A DNA stretch of 64,000 nucleotides from Octopus sinensis (Eukaryota): contig NC_043009.1 of the NCBI RefSeq assembly GCF_006345805.1, forward strand, positions 27,838,001 to 27,902,000, in the 5' to 3' direction. Shown here piece by piece: positions 13,198-24,551 of this stretch; the stretch's first letter is position 1; every line of letters starts with the position of its first letter. The notes below the pieces were generated by a model. It ran no database searches. It had not been told where the DNA came from and was given only the letters and a program-made list of their open reading frames with translations. Position numbers and translations under genes: made by a program.

Positions 13198-13254
13198 ACC
13201 AATAAAATATTAGTGCCATGCAAACATTCTTAATATCTGACCAGTTTTAAAGGC

Positions 13255-13658
13255 AGGAGTGGGGAGCTGGCAGAAACGTTAGCACGCCGGGCAAAATGTG
13301 TAGCTGTATTTCGTCTGCCGCTATGTTCTGAGTTTAAATTCTGCTGAGGTCGACTTTGCCTTTCATCCTTTCGGGGTCGATTAAATAAGTACCAGTTACG
13401 CACTGGGGTCAAAATATTCGACTTAATCCATTTGTCTGTCCTTGTTTGTCCTCTCTGTGTTTAGCCCCTTGTGGGTAGTAAAGAAATAGGTATTTCGTTT
13501 GTTTTTACATTCTGAGTTCAAATTCCACTGAGGTTGACTTTGCCTTTCATCCTTTCAGGGTCAATAAGTTAAGTACCAGCTGTGTACTGGGGTAGATCTA
13601 ATCAACTGGTCCCCTCCCCAAAAATTTCAGGCCCTGTGCCTAGAGTAGAAAAGAATAT
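13255..13658 (+). mobile_element. Two tandem SINE family B bodies
   Basis: gagctggcagaaacgttagcacgccggg...gaggtcgactttgcctttcatcctttcggggtcga...; second body from ~13490. Confidence 0.9.
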
Positions 13659-13769
13659 CTCGCCAGCTTTACTTGCATCACATCAATAGCTGTGTAAAGT
13701 ATTTCCTGTCACACCCTGCTGTATAGCTGTGATTATATTTTCCATAAATTCTTCTTCAGTTAAAACAGT

Positions 13770-14085
13770 AATGTGTGTAGGATTTGAGAAAAATTTAGCT
13801 GCTATTTCCAACTAACTGTGTGGCTAAGCAGGAGCTCCTTGGTTATTAGTGTTGCTATTGGCTTATTCAGCCCTAGGTTATCCCTAATTGAGCAGATTAT
13901 GATAAAATGTAATCCAACTGTGACTGTCCTATCTGTTCTATATGAACAGGGAATGTAGGAGCACATTAACCAACATTTCTTTTTCTTAGATAATGGGGTG
14001 TGATTTGAGGGAGATATGGCTGTTTTTTTTCCAGTTGGTTGCATAACTATGTAGAGGATTCCTTGTTGGCTCATGATGTTGTTTT
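13770..14085 (+). mobile_element. Repeat family E (gagggagatttggctgctatttctagcagg motif)
   Basis: Motif recurs at ~10490, 33960 and 37010, and reversed at ~25400, 25620 and 29820. Confidence 0.65.
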
Positions 14086-14411
14086 TGTGGGTAGTTGTGG
14101 TTTTGGTTATGGCTACATTCAAAAACAGTGAATGTGGTGGTGGTGTAACAATATTAACCGTATACTGCGAACTGAAGCAAATACAGCAGTAACTTTAAAC
14201 ATAACAACAACAGCTACAACAACAACAACAACAGAAGAAACAAATTAACATAACAATAACATTTTTTAAAAAAAAAATGGATTCAATTAAGAAATTATCT
14301 ATAATCATTATTGTTATCAATTTTATTATTATTATTATTATTATAATTATTATTATTATTATTATTATAATTATTATTATTATTATTATAATTATTATTA
14401 TTATTATTATT

Positions 14412-15790
14412 ATTGGTGAGTTGGCAAAATTGTGAGAAGATTGTCCAGGCGGCAAGTTGGCAGAAGCATTAAAGCGTCTGAAAGGTGACAAGCTGGCAGA
14501 AATGTGAGAGCATCAAGAAAGCAGCAAGTGAACAGAATTGTCAGAACATCAGAAAATAAAAAAAAAATAAAATATTTGTTTTAACTCTTTAGATTCCAAG
14601 TTCAAATTGTGCTAGGGTCATTTTTGTCCTTTATTCCTTCTAGAGGGTGGGTCGATAAAATAAAGCACGAGTCAACTATTGGACTTGATGGTATAGACTA
14701 ACACCCTCCTCTCAAAACTGCTAGCCTTGTGTTTAAACTAGGAACAATTATTTTTGTATTTTTTTTGTTTTTGTTTTGTTTTTGTTTACTGTAACTTCTC
14801 TTTCGCTATTGTCCTCCATGTTTTGGGCCCTTGTGGCCAATGAAAGAAATTGCCATCATTATCATCATCATCATCATTATTGTTGTTACTATTGAGGTCA
14901 ATTAAATAAGTACCAGTTATGTACTGGGGTTGACGCAAGCGACTTAATCCCTTCCCCATATCTGAGGCCTTGTGCTTCCAGTAGAAAGGATTATAGTATT
15001 ATTATCATTATTATTATTGAGTCAGAAAGCTGGCAGAACTGTTAGCTTGCCCAGCGAAAAGCTTAATATTATTTCGTCCATCTTTACATTCTGAGATCAA
15101 CTTTTCCTTTCATTCATTTTGTGGAGGAGTGGTTGATGAAATAAGGTCTAGTCAAATACTGGGGTTGATGTAATTGAATTCCCTCTCCCCTCAAAAACCG
15201 CCGGTCTTGTGCCAAAATTTGAAACCGTTATTATTATTTTTGGTTAAGACAGTGAACTTGTAGAATCACTAAAGCATCAGAAAAAATACCATATGATATT
15301 CCAACTCCTTATGTTCTGAGTTCAAATTCTGCCAAGGTCGACTTTGTCTTTCATCATTTAAGGGTCAATAAATTAAGTACCAGTGAAAGATTGGGGTTGA
15401 CATGATCGACTTGTCTCCTCTCCCAAAATTTTAGGCCTTGTGCCTTTAGCAGAAAGGATTGCTGTTATTATTATTATTATTATTATTATTATAATTATTA
15501 TTTGTTAGTGGTTTGTTTGAACCCTGTATATTTAGATCAGAAGAACAACAATAATAATTGAATAAAAGAAAACAACAAATGATAGATACTACGTTTCTAA
15601 TATCTGGATACTGAGGTAGGGAATTATCAGAATTGATAGACAAAATGCCTTGTAGTATTTGATTTAATTCTTTACATTGTAAGTTCAAATCCCACCAAGG
15701 TCAACTTTGCTTGATAATCCTCTAAGGGTTTATAAAATTAGGTATCAATAAAGCACTGGAAATGATTTAATCGACTGCCAACCTGTGCTA
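14412..15790 (+). mobile_element. Head-to-tail cluster of about five SINE family B copies separated by (ATT)n
   Basis: Units at ~14412-14760, 14890-15000, 15020-15235, 15245-15462 and 15590-15790, each with ctttcatcc...gtcgat/aagtaccag/gccttgtgcc motifs. Confidence 0.85.
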
Positions 15791-16344
15791 ACATGTAAGG
15801 TTTTGGCATAGTAGAGCAGGGCCCTAATACCTGCCCAAGTACAGGGTTTTGATGTTAGGTGAAGTGGTGCATTGCTTGGGAGAAAACTGTTGTCACATCA
15901 GTGTTGGTATCTATATCTAACACCAGCCTACATTACAACCAACATAACACACACACACACACATCCTATCATTTACATGAACACATCTATTCTATTATCA
16001 AAATACACACACACACACACACATCATACACACACTCTCTTTGAACCTTATCAAAAATAAATCGGGCAAAAGATGAACAGATCCTTAATATTTGTTTTTT
16101 GGTATTCCCAGAAATATTACTGCTCCTTTTTTAACATGAGCACAAAGCCTCAGATTTATAGAACAAAGGTCCAGTCCCTATATAAAATAAGTGCTTATTT
16201 TTATCAAGTCCTTAATCAAATAAACGGTTAAATTGATTCCTTGGGGATTTGAACTAAAAAATTGGTAACAATGCAAAAATAACTGCTGAAAGATAGTTAG
16301 CCAGGCGCCCTACTATTTCTGACATTCCATCACTTTTAATTGTA

Positions 16345-16590
16345 GAGGTATGTAGCTTAGAGGTTAGGTTTTGCACTTATGATCACAAGATTGTAGTTTC
16401 AATTCCTGGACTAGGCGATACATTGTGTTCTTGAGCAAAGCACTTAATTGTATGTTGTTCCTGTCTACTTAGCTGGGGAAAAGTTGTAATCCTGCAATGG
16501 AATGGCGTCCTGGCCTGGGGTGGGGAATAAATACACCACAGAATCTAGGAAATTGGATTTATGAGTTTATGGCTTGCGATGGACCTCTGA
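16345..16590 (+). mobile_element. SINE family C copy
   Basis: gtagcttagaggttagg...gtttcaattcctggac...gtgttcttgagcaaagcactt. Confidence 0.8.
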
Positions 16591-17204
16591 TTCTTTCCAT
16601 GCTGATTCCTTTTTATGATCACATTTAATTAGTACTTTAATCAGTGAAAAATAATTATCAAAAATCTATATAATAACCCTTTGTCATATTGTAGATTCAT
16701 CTGGTTCTCAGAAAGGAAACCATTCATTTCAAAGTCTTTTATCATAAATTGAAACTATTCATTGAAATTTTGAGTAAGAATCTTTTATGTTCCAAGCGTC
16801 ACCAGTTTAAAAATAAAGAAAAACTTATTTTACCAAATCCCATTAAATTTCCATGATTATTTTCAATAGGGACTGAAATACATAAGCCATGTATTTCATT
16901 AGGAATATATTCACAAATGAGAAAAACTCACGTAAGCAAAATAAATGTCTTGATTTCAATTAAAATCCTCATTTATATCTTGCTTGGAGTGGCAAGCGAC
17001 ACGAAAACTGGAAACATATAACACACACAGTCACACACTCACACACACACACACACAACACACACACACACACAGAGTCACACACTCACACACACACAGA
17101 CACACACACAGAGTCACACACTCACACATGCAGTGTGTTTGAGTGTAAGTTCCTGTACATAAAAGCGTGTGTCTGTGTGTCTGTGAGTGAACATGATGTT
17201 TCAG

Positions 17205-17298
17205 TAATGTGAAGAAATCACAAATTCTTAGACCTATTTCTTCAATTCCCGCACATTTTCAATACTGTCATCGATATTTAAATATACTTGTATTAGAA
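17205..17298 (+). CDS. Candidate internal exon, unknown product (possible PDZ-like with 17994-18053)
   Basis: tgtttcag acceptor, open frame NVKKSQILRPISSIPAHFQYCHRYLNILVLE, donor GAA|GTAAGC. Confidence 0.15.
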
Positions 17299-17625
17299 GT
17301 AAGCTTTTGCAGTTCTAGGTAGAGTGAGAACCGTAGAACTGGAGACTTTCATGTGGTTCCAGTAAAAGACAAGGATGTTGCAAAACTTTGCAAGAACATT
17401 GCCAAGAATTACTAAATCTAAAGATAATTAGGAGATGCCGACGATCTGTTACGATATATGTAAACATACACAGATATGTACAGCATACACATACACACAC
17501 ACACGCTCACAAGTATAAACAGACACAAAGAAACATATAACTACACACACAATATATACATATACATGCATAAAAATAGAAACACTGAGACACACACACA
17601 CTCAAATCTTGTGTGTGTGTGTGTG

Positions 17626-17677
<52 letters not shown>

Positions 17678-17845
17678 GTGGGGAGAAAGGAAGACAGTAA
17701 TAGACATGGAGTCAGCGTGTTGGAAAAGACTGAAGTAATCTAAATAAGCATGGGAAATACAGGTGTAACACAGTGATGATGATGATAATGATGTATATAA
17801 TATATATGAACAATAGGGAGAAGAGAGAGAGAGAGAGAAAGAAAG

Positions 17846-17883
17846 AAAGCAAACGTCTATATATATATATAGACGTTTGCTTT
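17846..17883. repeat. Perfect 38-bp palindrome centred on (TA)7
   Basis: aaagcaaacgtc-tatatatatatata-gacgtttgcttt. Confidence 0.95.
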
Positions 17884-17993
17884 ATATATATATATATAGA
17901 TGTATATATATATATATATATATACCTATCCATTTGTGTTTATATCTAATAGAGTGTGTGCATGTGTGTGTGTGTGTGTGGTCTGATTTTCAG

Positions 17994-18053
17994 AATGGGA
18001 ACACAGTATCACTCACAGTGGTTAGAAGAGGCAATCTAAAGATTTGGCTTCAA
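17994..18053 (+). CDS. Candidate 60-nt exon, PDZ C-terminal-strand-like
   Basis: tgattttcag acceptor, NGNTVSLTVVRRGNLKIWLQ, donor CAA|GTAAGG. The donor overlaps a family D remnant. Confidence 0.2.
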
Positions 18054-18614
18054 GTAAGGTATCCAGTAACAAAACCGTGCCTCAGAAACATTGTTTAAAC
18101 CCCTACCAGTATGGAAAAGTGGCTTTAAAAATGAAGCTGATGATGGCAATGATGACAACGTTGATGGTTATGATGTTGATGCTACAGATGGAATTGCCTG
18201 TAGACTTTTACTGCTTTCAGTCATTGGATTGTGGTCGTGTTGAGATGCCAAAATCTTGAAAGGTTTCCTTTGATTATATATCAGTACAAATGGTTTGTCT
18301 GATTATTATTTCATGATTCTGCTAAAATGGAACAGGGAAAGAATGAGGGTGTAAAATGGCATAACTGACATGTATTGAAATGTCTATCATATTTTTGTTC
18401 CATAACCTGCATCTTACAATGCCATACCAAATATAACTTGCTGCCTCTCCGCTCCCCTCATAGATTCAGCACCCTCATGGTCTCTGTCAACCGAATACCT
18501 TTCCACAAGGCTTTGGTGCATAGGAATCAAGGGTGGAGGAAAATTTCCAAAGGTACCTCACACTGAGAATGGCAGCAAAAGCCTAAAAACCATGTATATG
18601 TAAAGTGAATACCT

Positions 18615-18980
18615 GAGACACACACACATATGTGTGTGTGTGCAGGTGTGTGCATGTGTATGTATGTGTGTGTGTATATGTGCATGGGTGTGTGTACAGT
18701 GTGTTTGTATGTACTATGTGTGCACGTATATGTATATGTGTATGGATGTGCGATTTTGTGAGTGTGTGTGTGTGTATGTGTGTGTGCAGGAGCGTGTGTG
18801 CATGTGCAAGTGTATTTACTATGTGTGTGTATATGTGCATGGGTATGTACATGTGTGTGTGTACAGTGTGTGTTTGTATGTATTGTGTGTGCACATATAT
18901 GTATATGAATATGAATGTGTGTTTTTGTGAGTGTGTGTGTATGTGTGCATGTGTATGCGCTTCTCTGTGTGTGTGTAGGC
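18615..18980. repeat. (TG)/(TATG) low-complexity tract
   Basis: Direct reading. Confidence 0.95.
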
Positions 18981-19293
18981 ATATCAGAAACATGAAGCTT
19001 GGAGTAAAGGTTAGAAAAGTTAGCTTTTTGGTTATGAGAAAATATAGGACAAAATAGAGAGTCGTCTAAAATTCCATGAGTCAGAGAAAACAGGCACTTG
19101 TACACTGTATTATTATTAATAAAGTACAACATTATATTCCCATATCAGCCAATTCAATAACGACAATCATCAGAGTGAGCTGAGAGAAATGGTATAGTGT
19201 GGGCTCTTTGCCATTGAGAGTCATAAAATATACATATATAAGTATATCTTCAAAATATATACATGCATATATGTATGTACATATATGTGTATG

Positions 19294-19379
<86 letters not shown>

Positions 19380-19469
19380 TATCCTTATGAGTATGTGTAT
19401 ATGATGTGTGTGTGCACGTGTGTGCATATGCACACTATATTTGCATATATTTTTTCATTCTTTCATTTA

Positions 19470-19900
19470 TGAAGCCGTTGCACTTTGGCCATGCTTGAGC
19501 ACTACCTATGCATTTGTGACAGGCATCGCAGCCTTAATGAGAGAGATTGAAATTGCTGCAGGTGCTCTTGGTTGTGTTTATTTCCATGATGTTGGTTCGT
19601 TTGTAATCTCAGGTAGATGAATATCCAGGTGTTTCTTCAATATATTTATATCCACTGTGAGTAGACTTCACAAGTTCTTTGGCACAATATTATAAAGATG
19701 CAGGCCTTTGAGCCCTAAACTTCTGCAGTATCTGGTCCTCACTTTTGTTAGCAAGAGTAGGTGGGAGCGCTGGGACTCTGCACTGGTGAGGATTTTCATT
19801 GATTGGTACAGTTCTCTCTATTGAAGTTTGGTATTCAAATATCTTGAAGTATCTTCTCTAGATAGATCACTACATACCATTGCTGTTTTCTCCTCCAGGA
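19470..19900 (-). mobile_element. Degraded CR1/L2-superclade LINE 3' end
   Basis: Minus frame over 19590-19730 reads YCRSLGLKGLHLYNIVPKNL*SLLTVDINILKKHLDIHLPEITNEPT, matching the ORF2 C-terminal pattern SL..KG..L(Y/F)N.LP..L...FK..LD..L..P; in-frame stops present. Confidence 0.7.
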
Positions 19901-19926
19901 AGTGTATTTTATATTTATCTATCTAA

Positions 19927-19962
<36 letters not shown>

Positions 19963-20026
19963 ATATATATATATATATATATATCACACATATATGCATA
20001 TATATGTATGTACATACATACATACA

Positions 20027-20081
<55 letters not shown>

Positions 20082-20344
20082 TATTACACATATTATACCT
20101 CTCCCTCCTTCTCTCTCTATATATATTTGTGCATGTGTGTGTGTGTGCATGTGCGTATGCAATGTCTATTCCTTTACGCTACACCTCAGATTATAGAATA
20201 GGTACATGATATATATTTGCATGTTGCAAGAAGCAATGGAAACCGTTGGCATGAAGAAAGGCATCTGGTCATGCATCACTACTGCAAAATGTGTTGGCTA
20301 ACCCATGCCAGCATGGAAAATTGGATGTAAACCAACGATAATCT

Positions 20345-20384
20345 TTTATATATATATTATTCATTTTATATATATACATATATA

Positions 20385-20466
<82 letters not shown>

Positions 20467-20469
20467 CAT

Positions 20470-20513
<44 letters not shown>

Positions 20514-20541
20514 TATACATATACATATATACATATACTAT

Positions 20542-20591
<50 letters not shown>

Positions 20592-20625
20592 TTACATATA
20601 CATATATATACATACATATATGCAC

Positions 20626-20696
<71 letters not shown>

Positions 20697-20740
20697 TTAT
20701 GTATACATATATGTGTGTGTGTGTATACATACACACCTGT
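20345..20740. repeat. Long (TA)n/(TACA)n tract
   Basis: Direct reading. Confidence 0.95.
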
Positions 20741-21268
20741 ATGGTTATAATTTTTTTTTTCCAAATGGATAAACAAATTTCTTTGAATTCTTAGAAATGA
20801 TTAAAAAAAAAAGCACATGATAATTAAAAATACCTATCTTTATTCATTAATCCCTGTTTAATTACCATTCCTTGTTTATCGTAACTCTCCACTCCTCAGA
20901 TTTCTTATCTTCTTTTTCCTTTTTTTCCTATCATTTTTCTATTTTTTACTTTTTAAAACTTTTTTATTATTTTCTTTATTTTTCTTTCTTAATTTAGTTT
21001 TCTACATTTTTAAAAATCTCTTTTTACTCTTTTTTTAATATTTTTCTTGTTATCTGTTAAGTTTTCATTGGTACATATGCTTGTGTGTGTTTGAGTGTTT
21101 GTACATATCTGTAGCGACATACATACATACATGCAGATACATACGTACATACATACACATACAAACAGATACATGCAGTCATATATAGATGTATGTATAC
21201 ATGGGTGAATATATTTACATATACAAATACACACACACTGATATACAATCACACATGCACACACACAG

Positions 21269-21313
<45 letters not shown>

Positions 21314-22750
21314 ATATATACATACACACATGTATATGCATGCATGCACATATATACATATATATATATAAATATACATACATAATGCATACTTACACAC
21401 ACATGTATACATACACACATACATGCTCAGGTATACATTAGTTTGCTTTTCAGTATATACAGCCCAAAACACAGATTCCAGATGAATGATGAAAATTACT
21501 GATGAAAACTGATCAACTGTAATTATATTTCTAATTAAACTGAACTAAGTTGCTTAATTAAGCAAACGAGAATACAAACATTTGAAGCATTGGTTTCAAA
21601 AATTTACCTGAGATCAAATCAAAATGCCACTGAATGAAAGACCACCACCTCTGATGTATAGAAAAAGATTGTTGCTTTAAAACAACACATGAAGATATGA
21701 AATAAAGTTGTTTCAATCATCGTTACTGCCTTTTGTTATTTCACAGCCAACAGAGGAAAAGAGTTTTTTTTTTCTTTTATGTAAACGATCATATGTGTGT
21801 GTGTGTGTTACAGAGAAATCCTGCTGTTATCTGCTGTCCAGGGGTGCGTGTTAAGACCCATTCAGGTGAAGTCTTCAAAATATTAGTAGTGTGTGTGGAC
21901 ATGCTTTATTAAAGCTGTGTACCCAACAAATATTGTTTTACTAAACTCAGTAGTTTCTTAGAAACATACATATATACATGCGTATGTACATACAATCATA
22001 CATATATTCATTATATTCATACATATGTATGTACATGTATACATACATGCATACATATATACATACACACACACATATATATATGCCTGTATATAATCAT
22101 TTTTGTATATATGTGCCTGTCAATTTATCTATATATCTATCTATCTACCCACAGATATACATATCTAAGTGAGTGTGTGTGAGTGCATGTGCATTTATGT
22201 AACTTTCTGACAATTAAAAAATAAACATATACATACATACATACATATATATATATATACACTCACGTATTGTATTTTGCTTCATTTGTTCATTCTGTCA
22301 CTCTTCTATTCATACATACATACCTACCTACATACATATATACATACATACATACATATATACATACATACATATATACGTACATGCATACATACATACA
22401 TACGTACGTACGTACATGTATACATACATACATACATACATAAATACATATAATAGCCAAAATATATGGAGTACCCCTTTTATTAGAAGTTATGCTTGAG
22501 TTTGTAAATGTTTAATATATATATATATATAATATATTATTTTCTGTTACTTTAGTGAAGTCAACGTTTAGTTATTAACTTCAGTGAAATCCAAAGTGTC
22601 GTGAACAGTAAAAATTACAAACTTAAGCAAAACTTAGATAATCAATACCATCTTTTTTTATTCTCATTTTCTTATTATTTTTGTTGGTTTTTTTCATTGT
22701 TTTTGAGTTGTGTCTTAGATTTTCTTGTTTGTATTTAAAAAAAAAATTTT

Positions 22751-22787
<37 letters not shown>

Positions 22788-23025
22788 GTTGCAAGAAACC
22801 CATGTCCTGACGGGAGGAATGAAAGTTTGTGTGGTAAGTCATTGTGGTTAGGAAGATTAAAGACTAAAGGCTAAAGATTAATTAATACTAATATCTTAAT
22901 ATTAACGTCCACGTTGAAATGAGCAGGTACATTCTGAGTAATAAAAGAAAGTGAATGAAAAGAATAATAGTTTACTCTGGGGAGGTAACGGTGGCGGTGG
23001 CGGCATGTAGGAATGGAGTGAATGT

Positions 23026-23048
23026 GGGGGAGGGGGTGTAGGGTGGGG
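23026..23048 (+). other. Canonical G-quadruplex motif
   Basis: ggggg-a-ggggg-tgta-ggg-t-gggg. Confidence 0.6.
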
Positions 23049-23438
23049 TTAGATATGTAAGAATGATTGGCATTTACTACTTTTGGGTGTATTTGACTCT
23101 TTGAAGAAATCAGTAAAAAAAGAAAGAAAGAAAGAAAAGATACCGGCTGTGTTGAAGCACAAAGAAAAAGTGAAAAAAAAAGTTGTTTTTGTTAATTTTT
23201 TTTGTTCAACTTTTTTTTTATTATTTCCTTTCCTTTTTAGTATTTTTTAAATATTTCCTTTCTGCTTTTTCTTCTTTAGGATTAGAAGTTCTTATAACCA
23301 AAGTAGGAACTAATGAAAGCGAAACTAACAAAAAAAAATAATATATATAAAAAAAAACAAGTATATTAAAAAAAAAAGACTAATTTGCACTGAGTTCATT
23401 GTTTTGGCTTGGAACAGAAAGTAAGGAAAAAGGCGTAC

Positions 23439-23514
23439 CTTTCTGTAGAGGATCCAAGTTTCTGTGTTGTATTCCATAAAGCCGAAGAAGAATACTTTTG
23501 TAAAACTCCAGCAT
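23439..23514 (-). CDS. Candidate first coding segment of an unidentified gene (MLEFYKSILLRLYGIQHRNLDPLQK, phase-1 donor)
   Basis: ATG with A at -3, 25 open codons, donor AG|GTACGC at 23439/23438 followed by intron-like T-rich sequence. No homology recognised. Confidence 0.3.
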
Positions 23515-24206
23515 ATTTAGCCAACAGTTGTAGCGGAGTAGAGATGGGAAAAGTGAACAACTGGTTGATGTTGTAATTGTTTAAGATGTTGCTGAGGAGG
23601 GGTACAGAGTAGCAGTCACATGCTCCAGCAGTCAGGAATAGAGTCAGCTAATCACAGTGGAGCATTCCTCTACCTCTCTAAGGTTTGTCACTTTATTACC
23701 TATACGCTGCTTTTCCGTGTGCAAGTGTGCAGCGAGCTGGCTTGCCTGTCTGCCTGCTTGCCTGTCTGCCTGCTCGCCTGCCTGCCTGACTGTTTGTCCA
23801 TCTGCCTGCCTGCCTGACTGACTGCCTCACTGACTGGCTGACAGCCTGCTCGCTTTAGCTCGTTTTAGCTTTTAGCTCTCACTGTTTAGTCAAGGAACTT
23901 CCGCATGGAACGAGGGAGATTCCAAGTTGAGGACAACATCAGAGCTTAACAAGAAGAAGAAGAAGAAGAAGAAAAGGAAGAAGAAGAAGAGGAAGACGCT
24001 GGCAGGCAGGTGGAGGTCGGTGTGTAGTTAGATAGTTAGATATAGGAAAGAAAAAATAGTAACAAATAACAGACACTAAAAACTAAATATGACAGTTGGA
24101 AAGGAGGTGGAAATTTCTCCTTCCCTCCTCATATATGTTGAGAGAAATATAGAATACGCTACTTTCACTGCTGCTGCTGTTGCTGCTGTTGTTTCTGTTG
24201 TTGTTG

Positions 24207-24249
<43 letters not shown>

Positions 24250-24380
24250 TCTGTTGCTGCTGTTCCTGCTGTTCCTTCTGCATTGATATTACTACTGGTG
24301 CTGCCTAAATAGCCTCGGAGTACGAACGAGGGTAGGCCTCGTATTAACTGGCAACCCTGTTACTTCACACAGTCAACAGA
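23515..24380 (-). promoter_or_regulatory. Candidate promoter and long 5' leader with uORFs
   Basis: Non-transposon, comparatively GC/CpG-rich stretch with (CAGG)n, (TTC)n and (CAG)n repeats; four short ATG-initiated ORFs upstream of the 23514 ATG. Confidence 0.3.
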
Positions 24381-24485
24381 ATTACTGAAACACACACATA
24401 CACTCATAGCATATACATACACAAACAGATGCATCCACACATATGCATATATAAGCACATACATACACACACACATATATATATA

Positions 24486-24551
<66 letters not shown>

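Noticed and set aside
16932-17007. Minus-strand segment with good acceptor (tgtttccag) and donor (GTGAGT)
   Set aside because: Stops in all three frames; could only be a non-coding or terminal exon, and nothing else supports it.
22789-22833. 45-nt + strand exon candidate with GTAAGT donor reading ARNPCPDGRNESLC (LDL-receptor class A-like)
   Set aside because: Lacks the conserved SDE acidic motif, the acceptor is just a (TA)n run, and no neighbouring exon supplies the rest of the module.
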